From the NCBI GenBank assembly GCA_039800205.1, contig JBDLRB010000049.1, positions 6,464 to 70,463 on the forward strand: a stretch of DNA of 64,000 nt, given 5' to 3'. The position numbers and the translations under genes are program-made. Within the stretch, counting starts at the first letter, position 1. Each line of letters opens with the position of its first letter. The notes below the pieces were generated by a model that saw only the letters and a list, made by a program, of their open reading frames with translations, was not told the origin of the DNA and did no database searches. The DNA is from Pseudomonadota bacterium. GTDB lineage: Bacteria > Pseudomonadota > Gammaproteobacteria > Burkholderiales > Burkholderiaceae_E. This document shows positions 9,538 through 19,928 of the stretch, piece by piece.

Positions 9538-10893
9538 ATGCGCCTTGCCCTGCCCATCCCGTCGATCCGGCCTGTGGCGCTCACGCGACGGCTCCGAATA
9601 CTGATCGCGCTGATCCTGGCTGTGCTCCTGCCCTCCGCCTGGGCTGCGCTGCCGATCGAGCGGTGGACCACTTCGACCGGAGCGAAGGTGTTGTTCGTTC
9701 GCTCAGACGCCATCCCAATGATCGACCTGGCGATTCATTTCGATGCCGGTGGCCGTCGCACTCCGATCCATCAGGCGGGTCTGGCCTCGCTGGCGGCCGA
9801 GCTGCTCGACGCGGGGTCGGGCGAGCTCGACGAGGACACGATTGCCGATCGTTTTGCCCGTACCGGGGCGCAGCGTTCGGCCAGCGCCAGCGCAGACGGA
9901 GCCTCGATCACGCTGCGCAGCCTGTCCAGTGATCGCGAGCTCGATGCGGCGCTGGGTCTGCTGTCCCGGATTCTGTCTTCGCCCAGCTATCCGCAGGCGG
10001 TTCTGGATCGCGAGCGCGCCCGGATGATCGCGCGCCTGCGCGAAGCCGACACCCAACCGGGATCGATCGTTCGGCGACGTTTCGCCGAACAGGTCTTCGG
10101 CGACCATCCTTACGGCCGAAGCGCGACCGAAGCCAGCCTTTCGGCGATCACCCGCCAGGCACTGCTGGATTTCCATGCGCGCCATTACACCGCCTCGCGC
10201 GCGGTCATTGTGATGATCGGCGCGGTCAGCCGCCTCCGGGCGGAGTCGATCGCAGAGACGCTGTCGAGCGATTTGCCGACCGGCGAGCCCGGGGCGCTTC
10301 CGGTTGCGGAAGCGCCCGCGCCTGAGCCCCGGGTGCTCCGGGTGGCCCACCCAGCCTCGCAGAGCCATATTCTGATCGGTGCCCGGGGCATTGCCTACGG
10401 GGATCCCGATCTGTTAGCGCTCCAGTTGGCCAATCATGTGCTGGGCGGAGGGGGATTCACGTCGCGTCTGTATGCCGAGATTCGTGAAAAACGGGGTCTG
10501 GCCTACAGCGTCTACTCCTATTTTTCCCCGGGTATGCAGCCAGGACCGTTCACGATCGGCCTTCAGACCCGTAAGGACCAGGCCGACCAGGCCCTCGCGG
10601 TGGTCCGTGCGACGCTTGATCGCTTTGTTCGCGAAGGCCCGAGCGAGGCCGAGCTCGATGCGGCCCGCGCCAATCTGATCGCGGGCTTTCCCCTGCGACT
10701 CGACTCGAACCGCAAGATTCTCGGGCAGCTCTCGTTGATCGGTCTTCATGACTTGCCCACGGACTGGCTCGAGCGCTGGACCGAGCGTCTGGCCGCGGTG
10801 TCCCGGGACCAGGTCATGAAGGCCATCGCCCGTCACATCGATCCCGACCGAATGGTGACCGTTGTCGTCGGTGCACCGGATCCCGTGCGCTGA
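9538..10893 (+). CDS. M16 family peptidase-like protein (no HxxEH motif, probable non-catalytic partner)
   Basis: Signal peptide ending SAWA. M16 fold-like repeats (RLYAEIREKRGLAYSVYS). I found no HxxEH motif. In tandem with the preceding M16 gene. Confidence 0.8.
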   Translation: MRLALPIPSIRPVALTRRLRILIALILAVLLPSAWAALPIERWTTSTGAKVLFVRSDAIPMIDLAIHFDAGGRRTPIHQAGLASLAAELLDAGSGELDEDTIADRFARTGAQRSASASADGASITLRSLSSDRELDAALGLLSRILSSPSYPQAVLDRERARMIARLREADTQPGSIVRRRFAEQVFGDHPYGRSATEASLSAITRQALLDFHARHYTASRAVIVMIGAVSRLRAESIAETLSSDLPTGEPGALPVAEAPAPEPRVLRVAHPASQSHILIGARGIAYGDPDLLALQLANHVLGGGGFTSRLYAEIREKRGLAYSVYSYFSPGMQPGPFTIGLQTRKDQADQALAVVRATLDRFVREGPSEAELDAARANLIAGFPLRLDSNRKILGQLSLIGLHDLPTDWLERWTERLAAVSRDQVMKAIARHIDPDRMVTVVVGAPDPVR

Positions 10894-11537
10894 TGTCAAG
10901 GTACGCGACCGGTCGATTCAACCCGGGTTCGAAGCGGGGTCCGACAGCGACCCCGCCCCAGCGCGTGCGCATCATCGGGGGCGTCTGGAAGCGCACGCCG
11001 ATCGAGGTCGCCCAGGCGCCCGGTCTTCGCCCCACCCCTGACCGGGTGCGCGAAACACTTTTCAACTGGCTGGGGCAGGATCTCTCTGGACTGGATTGTC
11101 TCGATCTGTTTGCCGGGACCGGAGCGCTCGGTTTCGAGGCCGCCTCGCGCGGTGCCCGGTCCGTCGTGATGGTGGAATTGAGCCGTACACCCCGCCAGAT
11201 GATCGAGACGCTTGCAGCACGGCTACAGGCCCGGACGATCTCCGTGATCGAGTCGGATGCGCGGCGGGCCCTGGCCCGTTTCGCACAGGCCGGCAGTCGC
11301 TTCGATCTGGTCTTTCTCGATCCGCCTTTTGGTCAGGGCTGGCTGGAGCGGGTGATGCCGGAACTCCCCGTGGTCCTCGCGTCCGGCGCCCGCGTCTATC
11401 TTGAGTCGGAAACCGCCTGGAGCTCAGGGGCGGGCGCGTTCGAGCTTGAGCGGAGCGGCCGTGCGGGACAGGTCCATTATCATTTGCTGCGATATGTTCC
11501 GGTCGCTCTGGCGGCGGATCCGGATCAAGACCCTTGA
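10893..11537 (+). CDS. rsmD: 16S rRNA (guanine966-N2)-methyltransferase
   Basis: Motifs [32 protein letters not shown] and DPPF. Start overlaps the upstream stop (TGATG). Confidence 0.85.
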   Translation: MSRYATGRFNPGSKRGPTATPPQRVRIIGGVWKRTPIEVAQAPGLRPTPDRVRETLFNWLGQDLSGLDCLDLFAGTGALGFEAASRGARSVVMVELSRTPRQMIETLAARLQARTISVIESDARRALARFAQAGSRFDLVFLDPPFGQGWLERVMPELPVVLASGARVYLESETAWSSGAGAFELERSGRAGQVHYHLLRYVPVALAADPDQDP

Positions 11538-11547
11538 AGGAGTGCGC

Positions 11548-12352
<805 letters not shown>

Positions 12353-12373
12353 ATCTGCGGGCATGATAGTGGG

Positions 12374-12850
12374 ATGGAGCTGATTCTGTGGCGGCATGCC
12401 GACGCCGGTGAGCCCTCTGACGATCCCGAACAGGACCTCGCCCGACGCCTGTCGCCGCGGGGTCGCAAGCAGTCGGCCCGCGTGGCGGCCTGGCTTGCGG
12501 CACGCCTGCCCGAGCGTTATGGGCTGGTCTCGAGCCCGGCGCCCCGAGCCGTCGAAACCGCAGAAGCCCTGGGGCCGAAGGTGCGCCTGGATCCAATCCT
12601 GCTTCCGGGAGCGCGCGGTGAGGACGTACTGAAAGCGGTTGCCTGGCCCAGTGGCCAGGAGGGTCGTCCCCGGCACTGCGTGCTGGTCGGTCATCAACCC
12701 ACGCTGGGCCGCGCGGCGGCGCTGGCCTTGACGGGGGTTGAGCTTGACTGGGCCATGAAGAAGGCCGCCCTCATCTGGCTGACCGCGCGTCCGGATGATC
12801 CCGATCGACCGATCCTGTTACGCGCGGTCATCGGGCCGGATCTGCTTTAG
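12374..12850 (+). CDS. sixA: phosphohistidine phosphatase SixA
   Basis: N-terminal LILWRHADAG (RHG-type histidine phosphatase motif). 158 aa. Confidence 0.75.
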   Translation: MELILWRHADAGEPSDDPEQDLARRLSPRGRKQSARVAAWLAARLPERYGLVSSPAPRAVETAEALGPKVRLDPILLPGARGEDVLKAVAWPSGQEGRPRHCVLVGHQPTLGRAAALALTGVELDWAMKKAALIWLTARPDDPDRPILLRAVIGPDLL

Positions 12851-14346
12851 ATATCCACGTAATCGAAACGTTCAACGATACCGGCTTCGACCCACAGGCG
12901 CGCTTCGTCTGCAATCGCGTCGGCGGCGGCGGGGTGTTGCCTGCACCAGGCGCCGGGCAGTTCGAGCCGGATCGCCTTTCGCCGGAAGAAGAGCGCAACC
13001 ATCGGCGTTTCGCCCATCGATCGGGCACGCATCAGGAGGCAGGCCAGCCGTAACGCAAGCACAGCGATCCAGCCCAGCTCATCCTGGACTCGGCCGCGCA
13101 GTTTGCGGAGGCCTCCGGACTGAGCCAAGGCGAGCAGGGCCAGTTGCTGTTGTTCATCCTGACTGAACCCGGGCAGATCCCCTTGCTCGAGGATGTAGGC
13201 GGAATGACGGTGATGGTGGTGATGCGAGATCGACAAACCGACTTCGGAGAGGTGGCAGGCCCAGGCCAGTAACTGGCGCTGCGCCGACAGGGCCTCGCGG
13301 TGTGCCCGCGCGGCCTGATCGAAGAGCGACAGCGCCAGGTTGGCCAGCGCCTGGCCGTAGCGCTGGTCCACCTGGTATCGCGCGCACAAGCGTTCAACGG
13401 TGAGTGACCGACTGTCGAGGCCCGCGCGACGGTCGAGCAGTTCCAGGAGAACCCCCTGACGTAGCGCTCCCGGGCAGTAATCGAGGGTCGACAGACAGAA
13501 CGCGTCGAACGCACCGGCGAGGACGGCGAGGCCGCCCGCAAGCACCGGTCGTCGCTCAGGCTTGAGTCCCGCCCAGCTTAATGTCATGGGGTCCTGCGCG
13601 ACGAGTGCCTGAACCATCCGGGAGAGGGTGGGTTGATCGAGACCGTCTGCGCCGAAGTGTTCGGCCGCGATCTGTATGAGGGCCTTGGCCGTGCCGGAGG
13701 TCCCGACTGCGTACCGCCAGCCGGCTTCGCGATAGCGGTCCGCGATCGCAGCGAACGCGGTTTCAGCGTGGTGACGGGCCCGTTCGAACTGGCGCGCATT
13801 GATCGGGCCTTCGTCCGGAAAATGGTCCCGCGTGGCGGCGACGCAGCCTTGGTCGATGGACTCCAGGAGCAGCGCGTCATGCCCTCGCCCAATGATGCAT
13901 TCCGTGGAGCCGCCCCCGATATCGATGACCAGGCGCTGGTGACCATCGTCCGGCAGCGCCTGCGCCGCGCCTCGATAGATCAGGCGTGCCTCCTCGTGCC
14001 CGCTGATCACCTCGATGGGTACGCCCAGGACCGCTTCAGCGTTACCGATGAATCGACGGGCGTTCTGGGCGATCCGTAGCGTGTTGGTTGCGACCGCTCG
14101 CACCGCGTCGGGTTTGTACGAGCGCAGGCGCTCGGCGAACACCGCCAAGGCCTCGAGCGCGCGCCGTTGGGACGCGGCGTCGAGCCGCATCTGCGCATCC
14201 AGCCCGGCAGCCAGCCGAACGCTTCGTTTCACGCTGTCAATCGTTTTCAGTCGGCTACCGGCGGGCCCGAAGCCTGACTGACCGATAATCAGTCGGAAGC
14301 TGTTCGACCCCAGGTCGACTGCCGCAACAAGTGTCTTGTCTGTCAT
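12847..14346 (-). CDS. ppx: exopolyphosphatase (Ppx/GppA family)
   Basis: N-terminal VAAVDLGSNSFRL and DIGGGSTE ASKHA-fold motifs, plus a C-terminal HD-like region. Start set at MTDKTLVAAVDLG. Divergent from ppk1. Confidence 0.85.
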   Translation of the reverse strand: MTDKTLVAAVDLGSNSFRLIIGQSGFGPAGSRLKTIDSVKRSVRLAAGLDAQMRLDAASQRRALEALAVFAERLRSYKPDAVRAVATNTLRIAQNARRFIGNAEAVLGVPIEVISGHEEARLIYRGAAQALPDDGHQRLVIDIGGGSTECIIGRGHDALLLESIDQGCVAATRDHFPDEGPINARQFERARHHAETAFAAIADRYREAGWRYAVGTSGTAKALIQIAAEHFGADGLDQPTLSRMVQALVAQDPMTLSWAGLKPERRPVLAGGLAVLAGAFDAFCLSTLDYCPGALRQGVLLELLDRRAGLDSRSLTVERLCARYQVDQRYGQALANLALSLFDQAARAHREALSAQRQLLAWACHLSEVGLSISHHHHHRHSAYILEQGDLPGFSQDEQQQLALLALAQSGGLRKLRGRVQDELGWIAVLALRLACLLMRARSMGETPMVALFFRRKAIRLELPGAWCRQHPAAADAIADEARLWVEAGIVERFDYVDI

Positions 14347-14411
14347 CCGGGAAATGCGGGGTCTATGTGGCCAAAGTGTGCAAGTATGACAGGCCGCTCT
14401 TTGGGCGATCG

Positions 14412-14429
14412 CTGTCATCGATTCGTCAC
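14412..14429 (+). promoter_or_regulatory. candidate Pho box (PhoB site) upstream of ppk1
   Basis: CTGTCAT CGAT TCGTCAC matches the E. coli consensus CTGTCAT-A(A/T)A(T/A)-CTGTCA(C/T) at 14 of 18 positions, with the first heptad perfect. It ends 22 nt before ATG 14452. Confidence 0.3.
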
Positions 14430-14451
14430 CTTTCGCAGGCAGCATGGCTCA

Positions 14452-16530
14452 ATGAACACCTCTCCGCCCTCTGCCATGGTTCGTTTGCTCAATCGAGAAC
14501 TGGGCATCCTGAAGTTCAATGAGCGCGTGCTCGCCATGGCGGCCGATGAGCGGGTTCCCGCGCTCGAGCGGCTGCGCTACATCACGATCGTCAGCAGTAA
14601 CCTCGATGAATTTTTCGAGATCCGCATCTCCGAACTCCAGCAGCGAGCACGAATCGGACGGGACGAGGCGGGACGGTCAGGCACCCGCCTGGACGAGATC
14701 TCAGCGGCGGCGCGCTCGCTGGTGGATGCCCAGTATCAGCTGCTGAACGAGTCTGTATTGCCCGCGCTTGCGGCCGAGGGCATCACAGTGCTGCTCAGCC
14801 ACCTCTGGAATGCCGAGCAGCGTCAATGGGCAGGGCAGGTCTTTGACGCTGAGATCGAACCGTTGCTCACGCCCATCGCGCTGGACCCAGCGCATCCCTT
14901 TCCGCGCATCCTCAACAAGAGTCTCAATTTCATCGCCGAACTCGATGGCGAGGATGGCTTTGGCCGCCGGGCCGATGTGGCCATCGTGCAGGCACCGCGC
15001 GTGCTGCCCAGAGTGCTGCCCGTGCCTCCCGAGATCGCGGGCGTGCCGCATGGGGTGATGCTGCTCAGTTCGATCATGCTGGGATTCATGGGTCGTCTGT
15101 TTCCCGGGATGCTGGTCCGGGAGGTGCACCAGTTCCGATTGACCCGTAACAGCGATCTTTTCGTCGACGATGAGGACGTGACCGATTTGCGCGAGGCTTT
15201 GAAGGGAGAACTTCAGCAGCGCAATTTTGGCGACGAGGTCCGTCTCGAGGTGTCTGCCGGGACGCCTGCGCACCTGGTGGCTCGACTGCTGCGCGAATTC
15301 GATCTTCAGCCGCGCGATTGCTTTGCCGTCAATGGGCCAGTCAACCTCGTTCGCCTCCAGCAGATTATCGACCTGGTCGACCGAAGCGACCTGAAGTTCC
15401 CCTCATTTGATCCGAGCGTGCCGACCGTTCTGCAGGCTCCGGATCTGTTCGCAGCGATCCGTACCCGCGACATTCTGGTCCATCATCCCTATCAGTCCTT
15501 CGCACCGGTGATGCGCTTTTTGCTCGCAGCGGCCCGTGATCCGGCCGTCGTGGCGATCAAGCAGACGGTATATCGAACCGGTGCGGATTCAGCGCTGATG
15601 CAGGCATTGATCGAAGCGGCCCGGGCGGGCAAGGAAGTCACCGTGGTGGTCGAACTGATGGCCCGGTTCGACGAGGAAACCAATATCAACTGGGCGGCCC
15701 GGCTCGAAGAGGTCGGCGCGCATGTCGTGTACGGTGTCGTCGGTCATAAGACCCATGCCAAGATGGCGCTCGTGATCCGTCGTGAAGCCGACGAAGACGG
15801 TCACACGCGGCTGCGACGATATGTTCACCTCGGTACGGGCAACTATCATCCGCGTACCGCGCGGCTCTACGAGGATTTTGGCCTCTTCACCGCGGAACCC
15901 GAACTCTGCGCGGATGTTCACCAGGTGTTCAACCGGCTGACCGGGCTGGGGCAACGCGATCCGCTCAGAGTCCTGCTGCAGTCGCCGTTCACCCTGCTCG
16001 AGCGGATCCTGGCGTCGATTCGCCGTGAGACGGAATTCGCGCGGGCCGGGCAGCCCGGCTACATTGCCGCCAAAATCAACGCGCTGCTGTCGGAAAGTGT
16101 GATTGAGGCGCTCTATGAAGCCAGCCAGGCGGGCGTCAAGGTCGATCTGATCGTCCGCGGCGTGTGTGCCTTGCGTCCGGGCGTACCGGGGCTGTCCGAG
16201 ACGATCCGCGTGCGGTCCATCATCGGGCGTTTTCTCGAGCACAGCCGCGTCTATGTCTTTGGCAATGGCGGCGATCCCGAGGTCTGGCTGTCCTCGGCCG
16301 ACTGGATGGACCGCAATCTGCTTCGTCGGGTCGAGATCGCGTTCCCCATCCGCCGCGACGATCTGCGCCGCCGTGTGATTCGCGAAGCGATTACCGTGCA
16401 CATGAATCGCCATGAGGGCGCGTGGGTGATGGACGCCGAGGGCGACTACACCCGGCTCGACGCAGGCGCGCGCGCTGCAGGCCGGCACGCCCAGCAACGC
16501 CTGCTCGAGCGCCTGGTCAAGCAAGGCTGA
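14452..16530 (+). CDS. ppk1: polyphosphate kinase 1
   Basis: N-terminal LLNRELGILKFNERVL, the autophosphorylated His region VGHKTHAKMALV, and two PLD-like C-terminal domains. Start set at MNTSPPSAM; ATG 14476 is also possible. Confidence 0.9.
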   Translation: MNTSPPSAMVRLLNRELGILKFNERVLAMAADERVPALERLRYITIVSSNLDEFFEIRISELQQRARIGRDEAGRSGTRLDEISAAARSLVDAQYQLLNESVLPALAAEGITVLLSHLWNAEQRQWAGQVFDAEIEPLLTPIALDPAHPFPRILNKSLNFIAELDGEDGFGRRADVAIVQAPRVLPRVLPVPPEIAGVPHGVMLLSSIMLGFMGRLFPGMLVREVHQFRLTRNSDLFVDDEDVTDLREALKGELQQRNFGDEVRLEVSAGTPAHLVARLLREFDLQPRDCFAVNGPVNLVRLQQIIDLVDRSDLKFPSFDPSVPTVLQAPDLFAAIRTRDILVHHPYQSFAPVMRFLLAAARDPAVVAIKQTVYRTGADSALMQALIEAARAGKEVTVVVELMARFDEETNINWAARLEEVGAHVVYGVVGHKTHAKMALVIRREADEDGHTRLRRYVHLGTGNYHPRTARLYEDFGLFTAEPELCADVHQVFNRLTGLGQRDPLRVLLQSPFTLLERILASIRRETEFARAGQPGYIAAKINALLSESVIEALYEASQAGVKVDLIVRGVCALRPGVPGLSETIRVRSIIGRFLEHSRVYVFGNGGDPEVWLSSADWMDRNLLRRVEIAFPIRRDDLRRRVIREAITVHMNRHEGAWVMDAEGDYTRLDAGARAAGRHAQQRLLERLVKQG

Positions 16531-16537
16531 AGCGTGC

Positions 16538-17317
16538 TCAGCGCTGGAGCCAGACTGAACCCTCCAGCGTCAGGCTGACGGTGCTTGACCCCTCTGCGCG
16601 TGCGATCGGTCCTGCACCTGTCGCCATGGCCATGGCAGTGCCACTTCGCGCAGCCAGGATCGGCGGGCCGGACGACGCTTGATTGAGGCTCACCATCCGA
16701 ATCGTTGCGTCCCGGTAGCCCAGCGCGCGGGCGGCCGCGCGGGCCTTGTCCTGAAAGCGGGTCGAGACCTCGGTGAGCAGTTCGGCCTCGATGCGCTCGC
16801 GCGTGTTGCGGCTGAGTTCATGCCGTAGCGATTCGATGCCCAGCGTCGCTGAGAGGGTGCCGACCCGTGCGGCGAGGGCGTCTGATGCGGGACCGTGCAC
16901 CCGCAGCGAGGCTCGCGCGCGCCACCCCCGGATCTGACCGTCGGTCGTGATTGGCCAGCTTCGCCAGCCGACCGTCTCGATCTCGAGTTTTGGGTCGGCT
17001 CGACGAAGCGTGTCAAGCGCCGGCCCGATCAACTGATTGACCTCGGCTTGCGCGCGGCCCGCGTCGGCTGCCTCGCGCTCAGCGTAAAGCACCACGACCA
17101 TCCGGTCGTTGGCGACCTCCCGCGAAGCGCTGGCCGCCATCGAGAGGATCGGAGGGTCGATCCAGGCGCGCGCCGTGCGGCTGGCCTGAGCCGCAGCCGC
17201 CTGTGCCGCCTGGGTGGCCGAGCCGAGCAGCCCGCTCGGGTCCCGGTTGTCCTGGGCCTGCGCCTGGGCCGACAGGCCGAAGACCCAAAACATCAGGATC
17301 ATCAAACTGAATCGCAT
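16538..17317 (-). CDS. SIMPL (DUF541) domain periplasmic protein
   Basis: Signal peptide MRFSLMILMFWVFGLSAQAQA. Size and two-lobed composition resemble YggE/SIMPL proteins. No catalytic motif recognised. Confidence 0.55.
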   Translation of the reverse strand: MRFSLMILMFWVFGLSAQAQAQDNRDPSGLLGSATQAAQAAAAQASRTARAWIDPPILSMAASASREVANDRMVVVLYAEREAADAGRAQAEVNQLIGPALDTLRRADPKLEIETVGWRSWPITTDGQIRGWRARASLRVHGPASDALAARVGTLSATLGIESLRHELSRNTRERIEAELLTEVSTRFQDKARAAARALGYRDATIRMVSLNQASSGPPILAARSGTAMAMATGAGPIARAEGSSTVSLTLEGSVWLQR

Positions 17318-17428
17318 GGTTGACCTCCTCTTTCGGGTGAGACAGTACGGTCATTTTTTGAAAACCGGGACCCGATCCAGGTCGCGTTCCGGACGACAGG
17401 TCGATGATGATCAGGGCATAATTGAAAA

Positions 17429-18367
17429 ATGACTACGTTAATTGACACCCAGACCCGCGGCGTCTTCGTGATTGCCGCGACGCCCTTCACCGAATCCGGC
17501 GAAGTCGACTACCCCAGCATCGACACCCTGACCGATTTCTACATGAGTTTCGGGATCGATGGCTTGACCATCCTCGGCATCATGGGCGAGGCGCAGAAGC
17601 TCTCCGGCGAGGAATCCCTCGCGGTGATGCGTCGCTTCATCGACCGGGTGGCGGGTCGCATTCCGGTCATCGTCGGCGTTTCGGCGCCCGCGTTCGACCC
17701 GATGGTGTCGCTCGCCCAGGCGTCCATGCAGGCCGGGGCCGCGGGCGTGATGGTTGCGCCGCCCGCCTCGGTCAAGCATGACGAGCAGTTCTTCTCGTTT
17801 TACGCCGGGGCCTGCCGGGCGCTGGGGCCCGATGTACCGGTGTGCCTGCAGGATTATCCTGCGGTGACCGGCGCCTACATGTCGGTGCCCGTCTTCACCC
17901 GCATCGTGAACGAGTTGCCCCAGGTGGTGATGCTCAAGGCCGAAGACTGTCCGGGGCTCACCAAGATCGCCCGTATCCGCGAGCTCGAAGCGCAGGGCCA
18001 GCGCCGCACCTCGATCCTTGTCGGCAACAACGGATTGTTCTATCCCCTTGAACTCGAGCGCGGGGCCGACGGTCCCATGACCGGGGTCGCCTATCCGGAA
18101 ATGCTCACCGACGTGTACCGCGCCATGCAGGCCGGACACCGCGATCTGGCTGATGACCTGTTCGAGATTTACCTGCCGCTTGTCCGTTACGAGACTCAAG
18201 CGGGCGTGTCGCTCGCCTGGCGTAAGGAGATCCTGAGACGGCGGGGTGCGATTGCGAGTGCTCGTGTTCGCGCGCCGGGCGCAGTGCTCAATCGGGCCGA
18301 ATTGGCCGATCTCGATCGAATGATGGCGCGCATCGATGCCAAGCTTGCCGCGCTGAAGGGCGCTTGA
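17429..18367 (+). CDS. dihydrodipicolinate synthase / N-acetylneuraminate lyase family class I aldolase (not a canonical DapA)
   Basis: DHDPS-family layout: GIMGE in place of GTTGE, LQDYP (Tyr), and VVMLKAED (Schiff-base Lys position). Sits at the head of the hydantoinase cluster. Confidence 0.75.
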   Translation: MTTLIDTQTRGVFVIAATPFTESGEVDYPSIDTLTDFYMSFGIDGLTILGIMGEAQKLSGEESLAVMRRFIDRVAGRIPVIVGVSAPAFDPMVSLAQASMQAGAAGVMVAPPASVKHDEQFFSFYAGACRALGPDVPVCLQDYPAVTGAYMSVPVFTRIVNELPQVVMLKAEDCPGLTKIARIRELEAQGQRRTSILVGNNGLFYPLELERGADGPMTGVAYPEMLTDVYRAMQAGHRDLADDLFEIYLPLVRYETQAGVSLAWRKEILRRRGAIASARVRAPGAVLNRAELADLDRMMARIDAKLAALKGA

Positions 18368-18458
18368 GTGTCGATGCATTGTTCCGTGCCCGCGGTCGAG
18401 TATGTAGCGACCGCCGCCATTCGCGTACCCCACATCATTGCTTGAGGCCCGTCAGGAC

Positions 18459-19928
18459 ATGCACTACGACACCGTGATTCGGGGCGCCACCGTGGTGAAC
18501 GCCACGGGCATCGACCCTGCCGTCGATGTCGCCCTCCGAGGCGAGACCATCGTTGCGATCGGACCGGCGCTGGCCGGAACGGCCGGCCGAGAAATCGATG
18601 CCCGGGGGCTGCTGCTGATGCCCGGCGGTGTGGACAGCCACTGCCATATCGAGCAGGTCTCCTCTTTCGGCATTCCCTGCGCCGATGACTTCTACTCGGC
18701 GACCGTGTCGGCGGCGTTCGGGGGCACCACCACGGTCATTCCATTCTGTGCGCAGCATCGCACCGATCACATTCCGGAGGTCCTCGCCGATTACCACCGC
18801 AGGGCCGCTGAAAAGGCGGTGATCGACTACGGCTTTCATCTGATCGTGGCCAACCCGGATGCCCAGACCATTGGCGTGGATCTTCCGGCTGCGATCGAGA
18901 CCGGCATCCGCTCCTTCAAGATTTTCATGACCTATGACCGCATGCGGCTGCACGACGAGCAGATTCTCGACGTGCTGATGACTGCGCGCCGACATGGGGC
19001 GCTCACCCTGGTGCATGCCGAAAACCACGGCATCATCAGCTGGTTGTCGGGGCGCCTGGTCGGACAGGGGCATGTGCTGCCGCGCTATCACGCGATCTGT
19101 CATACGCGATCGTCCGAGGCCGAGGCCATCAACCGGGTGATTGCACTCGCCGAGGTCGTCGACACGCCCATCCTGATCGTCCATGTCAGTACGATCGAAG
19201 GCGTCGATGCGATTCGACGCGCCCAGGCGAGAGGCGTCAAGGTCTACGGCGAAACCTGTCCCCAGTATCTGTTCCTGACGGCCAAGGATATTGATCGCGG
19301 GCTTGAGGGCGCGATGTTCTGCTGCTCGCCGCCGCCGCGGGACGAGGCGGCGCAGCAGGCGTGCTGGCAAGGCCTGAAGGATGGCGCCCTGGCGGTTTAC
19401 TCATCGGATCATGCGCCCTATCGGTATGACGAAACCGGCAAGTTGCCCAAGGGCGAAAAGACCACCTTCAAAGAGATGGCCAATGGCGTGCCGGGGCTTG
19501 AGCTCAGGCTGCCCCTTCTGTTCAGTAACGGCGTGGGCAGCGGGCGCATCAGCCTGACCGAATTTGTCAATCTCACGGCGACTCGCCACGCTGAAATCTA
19601 CGGCCTGCCGCAGAAAGGCCGGATCCAGGTGGGTGCGGATGCGGATCTTGCGCTGTGGGACCCCGATCGTGAGATCGTTGTCGACACATCGATCCTGCAC
19701 GACAACACGGGCTATACACCCTATGCGGGTCGTTCCCTGAAAGGCTGGCCGATTCGGGTCTGGTCGCGTGGCGATCTGATCGTGGATCAGATCGAGGCGC
19801 CGGGTGAGATTCACGTGACCCGCGGCCGTGGCCGCTTCCTCGCACGTGAGCGTTCCGACGCGACCCATCCGGCCGGCCGCAGCATTCCCGAAATGAATCA
19901 GCTCGCGCAGTGGGGGATCGAGCCATGA
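18459..19928 (+). CDS. D-hydantoinase / dihydropyrimidinase (cyclic amidohydrolase)
   Basis: Metal-binding GGVDSHCH (HxH) and SFKIFMTY (carbamylated Lys context). About 489 aa. ATG 18459 is preferred to the TTG at 18438. Confidence 0.85.
   Translation: MHYDTVIRGATVVNATGIDPAVDVALRGETIVAIGPALAGTAGREIDARGLLLMPGGVDSHCHIEQVSSFGIPCADDFYSATVSAAFGGTTTVIPFCAQHRTDHIPEVLADYHRRAAEKAVIDYGFHLIVANPDAQTIGVDLPAAIETGIRSFKIFMTYDRMRLHDEQILDVLMTARRHGALTLVHAENHGIISWLSGRLVGQGHVLPRYHAICHTRSSEAEAINRVIALAEVVDTPILIVHVSTIEGVDAIRRAQARGVKVYGETCPQYLFLTAKDIDRGLEGAMFCCSPPPRDEAAQQACWQGLKDGALAVYSSDHAPYRYDETGKLPKGEKTTFKEMANGVPGLELRLPLLFSNGVGSGRISLTEFVNLTATRHAEIYGLPQKGRIQVGADADLALWDPDREIVVDTSILHDNTGYTPYAGRSLKGWPIRVWSRGDLIVDQIEAPGEIHVTRGRGRFLARERSDATHPAGRSIPEMNQLAQWGIEP

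Noticed and set aside
14340-14346. A second CTGTCAT heptamer that might be another Pho half-site
   Set aside because: It is simply the reverse complement of the ppx start (ATGACAG = Met-Thr-Asp...). It has no partner heptad at 11-bp spacing.
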